Shown in pieces: positions 24,029-36,444 of a stretch of 60,298 nucleotides of DNA. Source of the stretch: Chiloscyllium plagiosum (taxonomy: Eukaryota). The stretch spans positions 19,306,300 through 19,366,597 of the forward strand of contig NC_057751.1 of the NCBI RefSeq assembly GCF_004010195.1, read 5' to 3'. The notes under the pieces are model-generated. The model did no database searches. It had not been told where the DNA came from and saw only the letters and a list, made by a program, of their open reading frames with translations. The translations under genes and the position numbers were made by a program. The first letter of the stretch is position 1. Every line of letters starts with the position of its first letter.

Positions 24029-26140
24029 TGTAATGAGGTCAGCCAGGTGGTCATCATAGAATATGAGTTCCCTAATTAACAGCCCCAATCTGATCCAATA
24101 AGGGAGCTCTGGCTGACACATAAATGGGTGTGTCAGGAGTTTTGTTCACTGAGAGAGCTGGCTCTGAAGAAGCTGGATCAGTGTCAAGCACTCTCCCCGT
24201 GTAAATAAAGGATGACTTGGTAACAGGATACCAGCTTATGTGGAATTATTTCAGAGATAACAAGAGGAGGATTAATGATTTAACCCTGCAAAAGCGCCTA
24301 CTAGCTGAAGGCCAACTGGACATGAAAACTGGCATTATCATCGGAAAATTCAGCAAGTGGAGCATACAAGTTACAGGGTATTCCAATGGAAGTCCTGAAG
24401 AAGGGCTTATGCCCGAAACGTCGATTCTCCTGTTCCCTGGATGCTGCCTGACCTGCTGCACTTTTCCAGCAACACATTTTCAATTCCAATGGAAGTGGAC
24501 ACCAATCTGACTGGGCTTGGGGGACACCACTTGAGTGAAGGCAATCACTCAGGACATGTGCTGAACAGAGGGGCTCTAGGTCAGCCCACAGCAAAACCCA
24601 AAACAAAGCCACACTCCAGCCAAGTGATTAAAATCTTCTTCAGGGTCCAGGCCAACTCGAGATGGCAAAAGAGTAACAGAACTTATCGGCTGGTATCCAG
24701 CAGAGTGCATACCCTGGAAAGTCCGCTTAAATCCGGTTTGAAACAGTTAAATAAATGTCTGGTTAAATGGTCACCTGGTTCTAAAGGAGGCCAATACCGG
24801 CGTGGCAGTTTCAGTGATCACAGAACAAAATTTGCTCTGGACCTCAACCCTTAAGTTTGTGCAAGACCTCGGCTAGACTGAGAACCTGTACTGGGAACCT
24901 TACAGATTAAGGGGGCAACTTTGATTCCAGTCTCTTGTGAGAAGCAGCTGGTGCAGTTACCATTGATTGTGGTAAAAGGCTTGGGCCCAAGCCCGATGGG
25001 GCAAAATTGGTTGAGAAAGATTCACAGAGATTAACTCAACATTTTTGGTTAGGAAATGGCTGCCTGAGTGAAGTCTGAATTAAATACCTGTAAGTTTTTC
25101 AGAAATGTCTAGACACTATCAAAGGAGCCAAAGCCACCTAGCATGTTGACCAAGAAACAATTGCATGATTCTGCAAGGCCCGCCCAGTGCCATTTGCCCT
25201 ATGGGCAAAAGTAGAGGCATAAATCAGGAGCCTGGAAAGGGAGGGAATCGTCAGACCAGTCCAGTTTGCGGAATGGGCAGCACCGGGCGTACTGATTGTG
25301 AAGCCCGATGGGTCAGTTCCCCTTTGTGGAGATTTTAAACAAAAGGTAAACTGCTTTGCATAGTTGGATAAATATCCAATCCCTCGCATAGAGGATTTAC
25401 ATGCAACACTGGCATGGAGGCTGTCCTTCATGAAGCTGGACATGAGTGTACTTGCAATTGCAGTTACCTGAGGATTCCCAGAAGAATGCTTCTATTAATA
25501 CCCATAAGAGTTTGTACCAATATACCAAACTGCCACTTGGGGTATCGTTAGCCTGTGCAATTTTTCAGCGGATAATGGAGAACGTTTTACAAGGTCTACC
25601 CCAAGCCAGCCTTGGAAAGGGTCGCTTGGCCAAGCCAGAGCTTTCAGGGAAGTGAAGAAACAGCTATCATCCTCTAAGGTGTCAGCACACTGTGATCCCA
25701 AGCAAGATTTGGTACTGATATGTGATGCCTCCCCATACGGCATCGGGGTAGTATTAGCTCAGAGGTGGCCTAATGGAGAGGAATGCCCAACAGTGTATGC
25801 ATCCCGGACTTTGGCTAACACAGAGTGTAAATGTGCTCAGATAGAGAAGGAAGGTTTAGCAGTCATATTTGGAGTCAGGAAGTTCACCAATACTTTTACA
25901 AACGTAAATTTGTAATATTTAAAGGACCACAAACCCCTGCTAGATGTACTTAAAGAGGACAAGGCAGTGCTGCCCATAGCTTCAGGCTGCATTCAGCGGT
26001 GGGCTTTAATACTAAGTGCATTTAATTAAAAGTTGAAACACTGTCCAAAAGGCCAAGTAGCAAATGTGGATGCATTGAGCTGCCTCCCACTGGCAAATGC
26101 ACCTCTGGTGGTACTGTGACTGGAAGATCCGTAATGGATT
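24029..26140 (+). mobile_element. decayed Gypsy LTR retrotransposon (putative LTR 24029-24253, TG...CA; gag/pol remnants)
   Basis: RT EWAAP...KPDGSVPLCGDFK...YPIPRIEDL; RNase H CDASPYGIGVVL...YASRTL...QIEKEGLAVIFGVRKF. Confidence 0.85.
24394..24482 (+). mobile_element. 89-nt hammerhead-headed mini-insert with 14-bp TSD
   Basis: TSD attccaatggaagt at 24380-24393 and 24483-24496. Core CTGAAGA-AGGGC-ttat-GCCC-GAAAC-GTC at 24395-24422. Confidence 0.85.
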
Positions 26141-26278
26141 TTATTTATTCTGTGACAAACATTCACAACACCATTGGATGTTCGGTGGCATTACAAAGTT
26201 GGACTGTTACTGAATGAGATATGCTGCTCTCACTAATTCTATTGAGTTGTGGAGTCTCACTCTGTTGTGATCTCTTAC

Positions 26279-26410
26279 CTGACAGAAATCGATACCTCTC
26301 ACACTATTTCCAACTTTGTCCAAGGCAGGAGACCAACACATGATGCCCATCACATTGGGCACTACCAGCAGAACACCACCAGAAACACCAGATTTTGCTG
26401 GAAGGCCAAC
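26279..26410 (-). CDS. GLS2: glutaminase exon 13: [44 protein letters not shown]
   Basis: 132 bp, cag| and |gtaag; PAKSGV motif. Confidence 0.96.
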
Positions 26411-28289
26411 CTGCACACACACAAGAAAACGTATGTGACAAACACCAAAGACAATAGACAAATCATTAATGCCATGTTGTTAGGCCACATCTTCCAGCTG
26501 GATAATAAACTCACATATGAGACACCAACTAAATAGCTTTACTCTACTGGGTAGGAGAAGCCACAACATGAAAAAGCTGCTGGAGAGTTTCAGGAACTGG
26601 AAATAATTTCAGCCACAGTTTGGTTTGGTTGGCAAAATCTGATTCATGCTGGTCAATGTTCCTGGCCTCATCTGAGCTTTGCTGATTGTAGCCAGGATGG
26701 ATGGTAAGGAGAGTGCCAAATGGTCTCAGTGCCTGAGCTAAGGAGTGGAAAAAAGTGCTGCTGCAGTTACTGCTTTTAAGTGCTGCCCAGTGGCTCCTAT
26801 CCCCTTGTTGCAAAATATGCCTGAATAGATGTTGGGTAAAGCCTGAACCGAGCTTGCCTAGAAAGCTCCTGCCCCCATTGATGGTCCCCCCAGCCAGATA
26901 GCTAGGTAATCACGATCGACATTCAAATATGAATGAAAGATACTATGGAATAAAATCCCTGCTGAAACAAAACCTGAACAAGAAAATTTGGCAAAAAATG
27001 TAAATAGCTTAATGTGTCATTGGCTGGTGCGAATGAATGTAGAAACTCTGTGGAAACACAGAGTTATGAAAGTATTAGGAAAAAAAAGACTTGTTGAAAG
27101 CTCTCTTAATCTGACCAATTTCAAAAACTTTACTTAGACTGATAATGAGATACTGATGAGTACTTAGAGAACAAAGTTACTTTGGCAAAATGAATTAAAG
27201 ACAGATCTTAAAAGTGATTCTGCACTGCATGATAACTCTACTGGTCTATTTTTCTTTTTCTGAGACTTTATACCCTACTACTGTATATGGTTACTGTCAG
27301 GGGCCTGTATACCATCACAAGTGATCTCTTGCCTTATCATTTCTCATCTCCACCCAAATGTTTCCACATCATGGTTTCCTTAGCTCACCCTCTCTATTGA
27401 GCCAGTAGAAATAGTGAACTGAACAATGTAATTGTTCTTTTTTTGTTCCTTAGCTCTAGCCAAATCAAATCTGACCTCAATCTTTCTGAGACATTCTTTT
27501 TCCTCCAGCAGTGCAATGCTTTCCTGGTCATTACTACCACACTTTTGTGCATTCCTATCTTTCCTGAACAACTTCAAGAAAATTCAGACCCAGTCCTGAC
27601 CTTCCTTGAGCCAGGTCTCTGATGTAACCTCAACATTATGTTTCTACATGGCAATCTGTGTCTGTGGGATTTGCCAATCTTATTAATTTTACTCTTTCAT
27701 TCTTGCGTTGCCTCCTGCTTTTGCAGATAAATGTGTAACTGATATGGAAGACACTTTCCAGTTGGAACTGCAAAATAACTATCAGAATTGGCTGGTTTTC
27801 CACTTACAGATCAGAAGTGCTGAAGCCAATTGTCCTGCTGGCAACAGCTCCCAACTAAGATCTCTCAATTTTCTGAATTCAGCACAGATTGAATGGGTCC
27901 TTTACGGTCTCTCAGATTCACAATGGGGGGTTTTTAGAAATTATTCTCAGCCATCGTCGGGCTCAGGATCAGCATTGCAATGGCAGTACTCATCTTCACT
28001 CAAAATTGTGTCTTATTGACATACATTCATTTGTAGGTTCCAACTGCCCAAAAACATGTGATCTCACCAATTGATATTACTATTATTTATGACTTAACTG
28101 AACAGTCTTTGTAACATCACTTATTTTAGCAATTTAAAACTCACCACTCATCGCTCGTGTAACTGCATATAGGCAAATAGCAATTAATGACTTTGTAACC
28201 AACTTCTTTGTTTATAATCAAAAAGATTAGAAGGACCACAGAAAGGGTTAATTTATTCACACACTCGTGAGGCTCCCGATGGGAGTTTC

Positions 28290-28650
28290 ATACATTCAGA
28301 CAGTGCAGAAAAGGCCCTTCAGCCCTTTGAGTAAGCACCAACATAACTACCACTAAAAGTGTGCTAATCCCAATTTCCAGTATTTGGCCCATATCCTTGA
28401 ATGTTAATATATTTGAAGTACTCATCCAAATATTTTTTAAAGGTTGTACGTTTCCAATCTCCACTACCTTCCCAGGCAGTGCATTCCAGATTCTTACCAC
28501 CGGTTGAGTGAAAATGTTTTTTTCAAAATTTCCTTCGAATCTTCTGCCCCTTACCCCTAAAACTATGCCCTCTTGTGATTGACCCCTCAACCAAGGGGAA
28601 ACAGCTGCTCTCTATTCACACTGTCCATATTCTTCATAATCTTAATCGCA
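28290..28650 (-). mobile_element. CR1 3' fragment
   Basis: FTQPVVRIWNALPGKVVE. Confidence 0.75.
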
Positions 28651-28682
28651 TCCCTATTGGCAGAATAAAGGCGAATATTATC

Positions 28683-28821
28683 CGGATAAAAGCAAGTTAC
28701 TGCAGATGCTGGAATCTGAAACCAAAAGAGAAAATGCTGGAAAATCTCAGCAGGTCTGGCAGCATCTGTAAGGAGAGAAAAGAGCTGATGTTTCGCGTCT
28801 AACTGACCCTTTGTCAAAGCC
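28683..28821 (-). mobile_element. Penelope terminal-repeat variant with divergent hammerhead core; 9-bp TSD
   Basis: - strand reads ttgacaaagggtcagttagacgcgaaacatc. TSD aatattatc at 28674-28682 and 28822-28830. Confidence 0.65.
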
Positions 28822-28894
28822 AATATTATCTGAACTGGTTTAGACTGGGTGGTAAATCTACATGGTCAAAATGCGTGGCACTGGAAAAGCACAG

Positions 28895-31505
28895 CACTGC
28901 CTCCTGCCGGCCGACTGTCACCTACAGGATGAGCAGCAGGCTGGTAAGGGAACGTGGAAACTGAACACTAAGCTGTTGACCCTGGGAAACATTGAGGAGC
29001 TCAAGAGTGATTACGCAGGTTGGACAACCATGAAGCCCCTCTTTGAGTCCCCAGCGGACTGGTGGGAAACAGTAAAAGGGAACATCAAGAGGTTCTTCAT
29101 CCTCAAAGGTGTTCAGGAGGCGAGAGAGAGGCGGGGAAAACTGTCCCAGCTCCAGGGAAGTATGCAGACTGCAGACGATGGGGGTGGATGTCACGGAGGA
29201 CCTCCAGGAGGTGAAGGGTCAGCAAGCCTCGCTCTTTGCTTCGGAGGCCTCCAAGATAATCTTCCGGTCCAGGGTCCGCTCGATGGAGCAGGACGAGACA
29301 TGCTCACTTTTCTTCTTCCAGAAGGTGCACAAAGAGAGCTCCATGCTCAGCAGCCTGAAGGAAGAAGATGGCTCGGTAACGTCATCTCAGGCTATCTCTG
29401 GACGAGCTGACCAAGGCCCTCGAGTCCTTCGAAAAGAATAAAACTCCCGGAAGCGACGGCTTACCGGTTGAGCTCTATTCTGCTCTGTGGGACTTGATTG
29501 GCCAGGACCTACTGGAGGTGTATGTCAGTATGCTTCGGGCAGGTACCATGAGTGAATCCATGAGGAAAGGCATCATCCCCCTCATCTACAAGCAGAAGGG
29601 GGAGAGGGAGGAAATTAGAAATTGGAGACCAATCTCACTGTTAAACACAAACTACAAAATCTTGTCAAAGGTCATCGCCAACCGGGTCAGGTCTGCTCTG
29701 GGGTCGGTGATCCACTCTGACCAAACCTGTGCTGTACCGGGCAGGAAGATCGCTGAGAGTCTCGCACTCCTCCGAGATACGATTGCCTACGTGCAGGACA
29801 GGGGGGTGGACACCTGCCTCATCAGCCTGGACCAGGAGAAAGTCTTTGACAGGATATCGCATACATATATGAGGGATGTCCTCTCCAAAATGGGCTTCGG
29901 GGAGGGAATCGCTAATTGGATCAGACTGCTCTACACCAACATTGTCAGTGCAGGTTAAAGCCTCCCTGTACATGGATGACGTCGCCGTTTTCTGCTCGGA
30001 TCCGCTGTCCGTGCACAGACTCATGTGCATCTGTGACCAGTTCGAGCGGGCCTCGGGGGCCAAGGTAAACTGAGGCAAGAGCGAGGCCATGCTCTTCGGG
30101 AACTGGGCCGACCAATCCTCTAGCCCCTTCACTGTCAGGACCGACCACCTGAAGGTGCTGGGTATTTGGTTCGGTGGGGCTGGGGAAATGGCCAAGACCT
30201 GAGAGGAGCGGATCAGGAAGATGAGACAGAAACTGAGCAGATGGGAGCAACGGTCGCTCTCCATCGCCGGGAAAAACCTGGTCATCAGGTGTGAGGTACT
30301 CTCAGTATTGTTATACGTGGCACAGGTCTGGCCTATCCCCAGAACCTGTGCCACCGCAGTCACCCGGGCCATCTTCCACTTCATGTGGAGATCAAAGATG
30401 GACCGGGTCCGAAGGGACACAATGTAAAAGACCTGTATAAAGAACGGGGGAAAAATACACCCAATGCCACCCTCACCCTGATGGCCACCTTTGTGTGTGG
30501 CTGCATCAAGCTGTGCGTGGATCCCCGGTACGCAAACACCAAGTGTCACTACGTACTGAGGTTCTACCTGTCCCCGGTGTTGCGAAGGATGGGCCTCGCC
30601 TCGCCGCCGCGGAACACTCCGAGTGGTTGGACCGTTCCATACCACCTGTCCTTTGTGGAGAAATTTATGAAGAAAAACACCTTTGACCACAAGTCCATCA
30701 GGAAGTGGTCAGCACGTAGTGTCCTTGAGACCCTTCGGGAAAAGGAGAGGGCGGATCCTATCGAGTGGTTCCCTGAGCAGACTGTCAAAGCCATTTGGCA
30801 GAATGCCTCATCGCCAGAACTTCCCAACAAGCACCAAGACATGGCTTGGCTGGTGGTGAGAAGGGCTCTGCCTGTGAGGTCCTTTATGCACGCCCGGACT
30901 CTCTGCCGCACTGCACGCTGCCCTCGAAGCGGCTATGGGGGGTCGAGACTGTCACACACCTCCTTCTGGAATGTGCCTATGCATAGGTAGTCTGGAGAGG
31001 AATGCAGTGTTGTTTGTCAAGGTTCGTCCCGAGCAGCACCGTGACACCGGGATGCACACTGAGACGAACTTCAACTGTGCCTGGAGGATCATCAACTCGG
31101 TGAAGGACGCTCTCTGGGCGGTCCGAAACCTGTTGATCTTCCAGCTGAAGGAAGTGACCCCGACTGAGTGTTGCAGACTGGCACATTCCAAGGTCCAGGA
31201 CTACGTGTTGAGGGACGCACTGAAGCTTGGGGCAGCTGCCGCCAAGGCACGATGGGGAAAGACTGTCTTTCCCCGCCTAGGCGCGGTGTAACGTCTGCCT
31301 GCCTAAGCACAGGGGCCGACACAGTAAGGGGGCCCTGCTGACCCCCCAGCTAAATATGTGGAGTAATCGTACAGACCTGTAAATATGAATGATTACTCTG
31401 TCTCAGTATGCAAATAAATGGAATGTTTACATATGTATGGCATGACCAATTGTACAGATCATCAAAGTATTTTATGAATAAAGTATATTTTTGAAATAAA
31501 AAAAT
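28895..31505 (+). mobile_element. Tx1/L1-clade LINE, 5'-truncated, with internal deletions and a poly(A) tail
   Basis: WRPISLLNTNYKILSK, DQTCAVPGR, SLDQEKVFDRISH, LYMDD, ETVTHLLLEC. Ends aataaag...aataaaaaaa. Confidence 0.9.
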
Positions 31506-31711
31506 ATAGATAGCAGCAGTTCAAGATGTCAACTCACAATCACCCTCTCAAAAAATAATTAGGGATTAGCAACGGTTATTAACTGTTCCAGTCACACCCA
31601 CAGAGCATGAATCTGAGAAAACAGAAGTCCTTGCAAAAGTTGCAGTAATGCCATCAATTGCATAAATGGCTTCCATTAGGAGTAATCTCAGGTTATTGCA
31701 TAAATGCTTAC

Positions 31712-31888
31712 ATGGAAAGCAAATTCGCCGGAAAAATCATACATGCCACACGAGTGCATCAGGCTGAGGGTGTTCCTCACTGCCTCAGCGCTCAGGACCC
31801 GCTCTCCTGTGATTGGGCAGATTCCCCCATTGGCTAAGGTGGCAGCCATGACTCCACCTGACTCACATGTTACCTCGATCGAACACAG
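31712..31888 (-). CDS. GLS2: glutaminase exon 12: [59 protein letters not shown]
   Basis: 177 bp, cag| and |gtaag. Catalytic Tyr in GMYD. GGICP and LSAEA are GLS2 states. Confidence 0.96.
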
Positions 31889-32149
31889 CTGTAATGAGGA
31901 AAAGAAAAGGAAAACTTGTGTTGTAGAAATAAACAAATGCAAAGATTAGCAAGTAAAAAACTTAAGTGTGATTTAGACGTCCTTTGTGGAGACCATTAAT
32001 GTCAACGTTTGGTTATTGCAGAAAATTAAAGCCAGTGATAGCTAGCGACCTTTTTTGAACGATGAGGCAGTTACAACAACAGCAAAGTATTGCAGGCAAT
32101 TGGAAATGTGAAAACAGAAAATGCCAGAAACACACAGCAGGTCAGGTAG

Positions 32150-32700
32150 CCCAGGCTAAACATAGAAGGTTCAAAGGGGAATTGAAAAACAAATAAGGGA
32201 AGCAAGAGAGAGTATGAGAAACTGGCAGTTAACATAAAAGAGAATACAAAGCTTCAATAGGCAATGATTAGTAAAAGGTGGTAAAAGGTCCGAGTGGGGC
32301 TGATTGGTACTTGAGGACATAGCTAGACTGGAAATGCTGGGACTGTTGTTCTCGTTAGAAATGAGATTATGGAGAGGAACTTTGACAGAGGGCCGAACAG
32401 AATAGATAGGGAGAAATTGTTCCCACTGGTGGCAGGATTGGTAAACAAGGAGCTCAAATTTACAGGTAATTGGCAAAGAAAGAAATAGTACCATGAGGCA
32501 CAACTCTTTCACATGGTGAATGATCTCGAGTGCGGTGGAGGCAAGGTCAATCAGGTACTCAGTGAATTGAATTATTATCTGAGAAAGAAGTGATGCAGGT
32601 TTACTGGGAGAAAGGCGGATCCATTATTTGTCTGTTCAGAGAGAACCAGGACGTATACAAGGGGGCCGAACGGCCTCCGATGTAACATCATTCGATGAGA
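32150..32700 (+). mobile_element. decayed CR1 fragments
   Basis: gagtatgagaaactggcag...aacataaaag and a CR1 3' end (gggccgaacggcctcc). Confidence 0.6.
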
Positions 32701-32990
32701 GACAGAGAAAGTGGCATAGCTGGACGGGCTGAAGCGACTTGCTACCATGACAACACGCTCTCCGTTATGGTGCACCCTCCCTCCTACGTGGCTGCTCACT
32801 CTGGGCCTCGCGCTTTTGGCGTGCGCGCGGGAAGCGGCTTGCTGAAGATCTCACTGGGCAAGGAATCACAGGGAGTCCGGCTATCCCGGTCCGCACTACA
32901 GCCTTCCTGAATGGACGTTTAAAGGAAAAATCACTAATACCAATCAATTCTTGAGGTGCGTGAAACCGCTAATCTGTTGCCATTCACGGA
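32700..32990. promoter_or_regulatory. CpG-rich promoter/enhancer-like island in GLS2 intron 11
   Basis: Dense CpGs. RFX-like gctaccatgacaac (32741-32754), tacgtg (32785-32790), gcgtgcgcgc (32819-32828), cgggaagcgg (32828-32837). Confidence 0.4.
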
Positions 32991-33275
32991 GACAGCAAGT
33001 AGGAATTTTGGCCTCGTATACAAATTCATTGTTTTGGTGGGAAGTCAATGTGGAGTCACCGGTAGTACAGAAGAGCTCCCAAAAGTAAGGCAGAACTGAG
33101 GAGCATTGGAATTCGACAGAAAGGAAACTGAGAATATGCTGTGAGTAAAAGGGAAGTAATAGAGGGAAACAAAAGTATGAAGTAATGGAGAGAAAGATTT
33201 CAATAGAGATCATTGGACATTTAAAACTTTTCAGCTTCATATCAAGTTAATGAGATTCTCCTGCCATTTGAAGCC

Positions 33276-34005
33276 ATAAGACCATAAGACATAGGAGCGG
33301 AAGTAAGGCCATTCGGCCCATCGATTCCACTCCGCCATTCAATGATGGCTGATGGGCATTTCAACTCCACTTACCCGCATTCTCCCCGTAGCCCTTAATT
33401 CCTTGTGACATCAAGAATTTATCAATCTCTGCCTTGAAGTCTTTTAGCGTCCCGGCCTCCACTGCACTCCGGGGCATAGAATTCCACAGGCCCACCACTT
33501 TCTGGCTGAAGAAATGTTTCCGCATTTCTGTTTTGAATTTACCCCCTCTAATTCTAAGGCTGTGTCCACGGGTCCTAGTCTCCTCGCCTGACGGAAACAA
33601 TTTCCTAGCGTCCACCCTCTCCAAGCCATGTATTATCTTGTAAGTTTCTATTAGATCTCCCCTTAATCTTCTAAACTCCAATGAATACAATCCCAGGATC
33701 CTCAGCCGTTCCTCATATGTTAGACCTACCACTCCAGGGATCATCCGTGTGAATCTCCGCTGGACATGCTCCAGTGCCAGTATGTCCTTCCTGAGGTGTG
33801 GGGACCAAAACTGGACACAGTACTCCAAATGGGGCCTAACCAGAGCCTTATAAAGTCTCAGTAGCACAACGGTGCTTTTATATTCCAACCCTCTTGAGAT
33901 AAATGACAATATTGCATTCGCTTTCTTAATCACGGACTCAACCTGCATGTTTATCTTTAGAGAATCCTCAACTAGCACTCTCAGATCCCTTTGTACTTTG
34001 GATCC
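33276..34005 (-). mobile_element. young 5'-truncated CR1 LINE with an open 205-aa ORF2 end
   Basis: ORF 33361-33978 (LYKALVRPHLEYCVQFWSP...RRLRGDLIETYK); ccataagaccataagacatagga tail. Confidence 0.92.
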
Positions 34006-34299
34006 CTTTGTTTAATTCCTGTAATTTAGTGATAAAGGTTGTACTGAGGTAGAAATGTCTCTATTTGTGCTAGGATTATGATTTAGAAGGAAAACAAAAC
34101 CAAGACATCAGTCAACAATGTTGGACGGAAACAAATACCAAATGGACAGCGATCTAATTGGTATGTCAGTTACAGATAATTGAGTATTTATTAAGTGTCA
34201 TCGCTGTTGTATGGTTAGATTACAACCATCTCAATGAGGGCTGGGCACCTATCCAGCTGGTTTTTCAACGCCAACATCAACAGGGGGTGCTCTAATTAC

Positions 34300-34350
34300 C
34301 TGGAAGTAGAAATCTAATGTAGCGATCATATCAACACCTTCTGGAAAGCA
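34300..34350 (-). CDS. GLS2: glutaminase exon 11: CFPEGVDMIATLDFYFQ
   Basis: 51 bp, ctag| and |gtaat. Confidence 0.94.
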
Positions 34351-34845
34351 CTAGGGAGGGAAAGATAAGCAAGGGTTATTTTATTAAATATACTTCCGAG
34401 TTCCTCACATCAATAATCAAAGCTGCAGTACTAGGATTTCGGTCAAAGACCAGTTCAGTTTCCTGTCTTACTGAATGCTCACAAGCAGCATAACATTTTT
34501 AAATCAACCTGTTCAGACGTGTTATGGCACACCTTTAGAACAGGCGTGACTTGAACACCTGCCTCTCGCCCACAGATGGGGCCCGTGCAGTATAATCAAA
34601 ATGAGCTCAATTGACTTGAGCTGATTGAAGGAGAGTGCCAGATGGGTCTACTAAGGAGTAACTCTGATACGTGTTTTTGTTTTCTAACAGATTTCTGAGA
34701 TCAGCTGGCCTTTCGCCCAACAGAATAATGTTTAAAGGAGTACTTTTACATCAATACCAAGTTATTGCAGGAACACACAGTGATGGAACTGGTGTTTGAA
34801 ACCAGCCTCATTGCAGATGGGAGAGTAAAAGGTCAAGGATTCATA

Positions 34846-34977
34846 TTCCTGATGAAGGGCTTTTGCCTGAAACGTCGATTTTCCTGCTCCTCGGATGCTG
34901 CCTGACCTGCTGTGCTTTTCCAGTACCACTCTAATCTTGACTCTGATCTCCAACATCTGCAGTCCTCACTTTCGCCT
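34846..34977 (+). mobile_element. Penelope terminal repeat with canonical hammerhead core
   Basis: CTGATGA-AGGGC-tttt-GCCT-GAAAC-GTC at 34849-34876. Confidence 0.8.
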
Positions 34978-35092
34978 ATTATTCTAGCTATATATATTTT
35001 AACACGCTGTAACCCAAACCTCCCATCTCTACAACAGCAACTTAAGAACTTAATGAACACTACAGATGTTTATTGTCTGCCTTTTGACCTAC

Positions 35093-35159
35093 CTTCTTCT
35101 CTTTCAAGTAGTATCCAATGGCAAAATTCCTGTCTCCTGTCTCTTTTTCTGATTGAAAC
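35093..35159 (-). CDS. GLS2: glutaminase exon 10: (T)[22 protein letters not shown]
   Basis: 67 bp, taag| and |gtagg. SEKETGD is the GLS2 state. Confidence 0.95.
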
Positions 35160-35735
35160 CTTAATTATGGAAAGGAAAAAAATGCAATATTAATGACTTG
35201 CAGTCAGTCCTAATACCAGAACTTAACCAGCTTCATGGAAAGAAGATAAGTGTTGAATGGAAATAAGAATTTTCAGCAATAGGAAAGCACTTTTGGCTTT
35301 TTTTTGTAAATTAACTATTTTCTATTCAACTGTTTAGAAATTCCCAGACAACAGCAACAGACTGGCAGATTCCCCCAGCCCCAGATTATTAGGGCTGTTG
35401 TTTGTTGTTCCTGTTGATACTGTATGTTTCACTCTTCTCTGGTAACTTATTCCACCACGCAATTACTTTTTTGAGTGAAAATGTCACCCCTGACTTTCTT
35501 TCTGTCTAACTCCTTTATGTTTAACTTGTGTCCTCAAGGATTTGAGTCCCTTTCCACAAGAAATAATTTGGCTCAGTAATATTTGTCGGCCCCTTTTGGA
35601 ACCAACAAAAATGTAATTGATCATCTCAAAGTTCTCTCTTCTGAAGAAATAACTTCCTTAATCTTCTTTCATAACTTAAATCCCTAATACTTGGAATAAT
35701 GCTTAATGTCCCACATTCCCTCTGAACCCCAATAA

Positions 35736-36008
35736 CATCATAGAATCCCTCCAGAGCAGATGGAGGCCTTTTGGCCTATTGAATTAGCACTGACCCTCAG
35801 CAACCCACCCTACTTCCATAACTCCACATTTACCATGGCCAATCCACCTAACCTGCGCATCTTTGGACTGTCAGAGGAAACCGGAGCACCTGGAGGAAAC
35901 CCATGCAGACACTGGGAGAACATGCAAGCTTCACACAGTCCCCCTAGGTTGGAATTGAACCTGAGTCCCTGACACTGAGGCAGCAGCGCTAATCACTCTG
36001 TGCCACCC
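35736..36008 (-). mobile_element. HE1-type V-SINE
   Basis: V-domain and tRNA head. Confidence 0.8.
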
Positions 36009-36444
36009 AAGGTCGTGATTCTTGCATCAAAACTCAAAACTGAACGAATAAACAAGCTCATTGCTTGATCCTCCAGTGGTTCAAAGGGAATGATTATTAT
36101 TCTCTATTTTCTGTTTTAATCAACCTGTTCAGAGTTACTATCACACACCTCTGGAAGCAGTGGGACTTGAACCTGAGCCTCCTGGTCCAGAAGTAGGGGC
36201 ATTACCACTGCACCAAAAAAGAGTCCTATCAACCAACCTGCTCAAACATATTAGGATGTATCTCTAGAACAGATGGACCATGGCCTCCTGGATCAGGGAT
36301 AGAGACACTACCACTGCACCACAGGACCTTATACTCTGTTGTCTGGAACCATTTGAAAAATGAAGTTAGTTGATACTGTTCTCATGGCTCAAAATAACAT
36401 TTTTAGGAATGGACAATATAGGGGGACAAGGCACAAGCCTGTAA

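Noticed and set aside
20122..24612. Recurrent short ORFs such as MCCWKSAAGQAAS, MLPDLLRFSSNTFS and MPETSILL
   Set aside because: Translations of the non-coding Penelope terminal repeat, not a peptide family.
29665..30690. Longest ORF in the track (341 aa, - strand)
   Set aside because: Antisense shadow of the GC-rich Tx1 ORF2; no recognisable protein.
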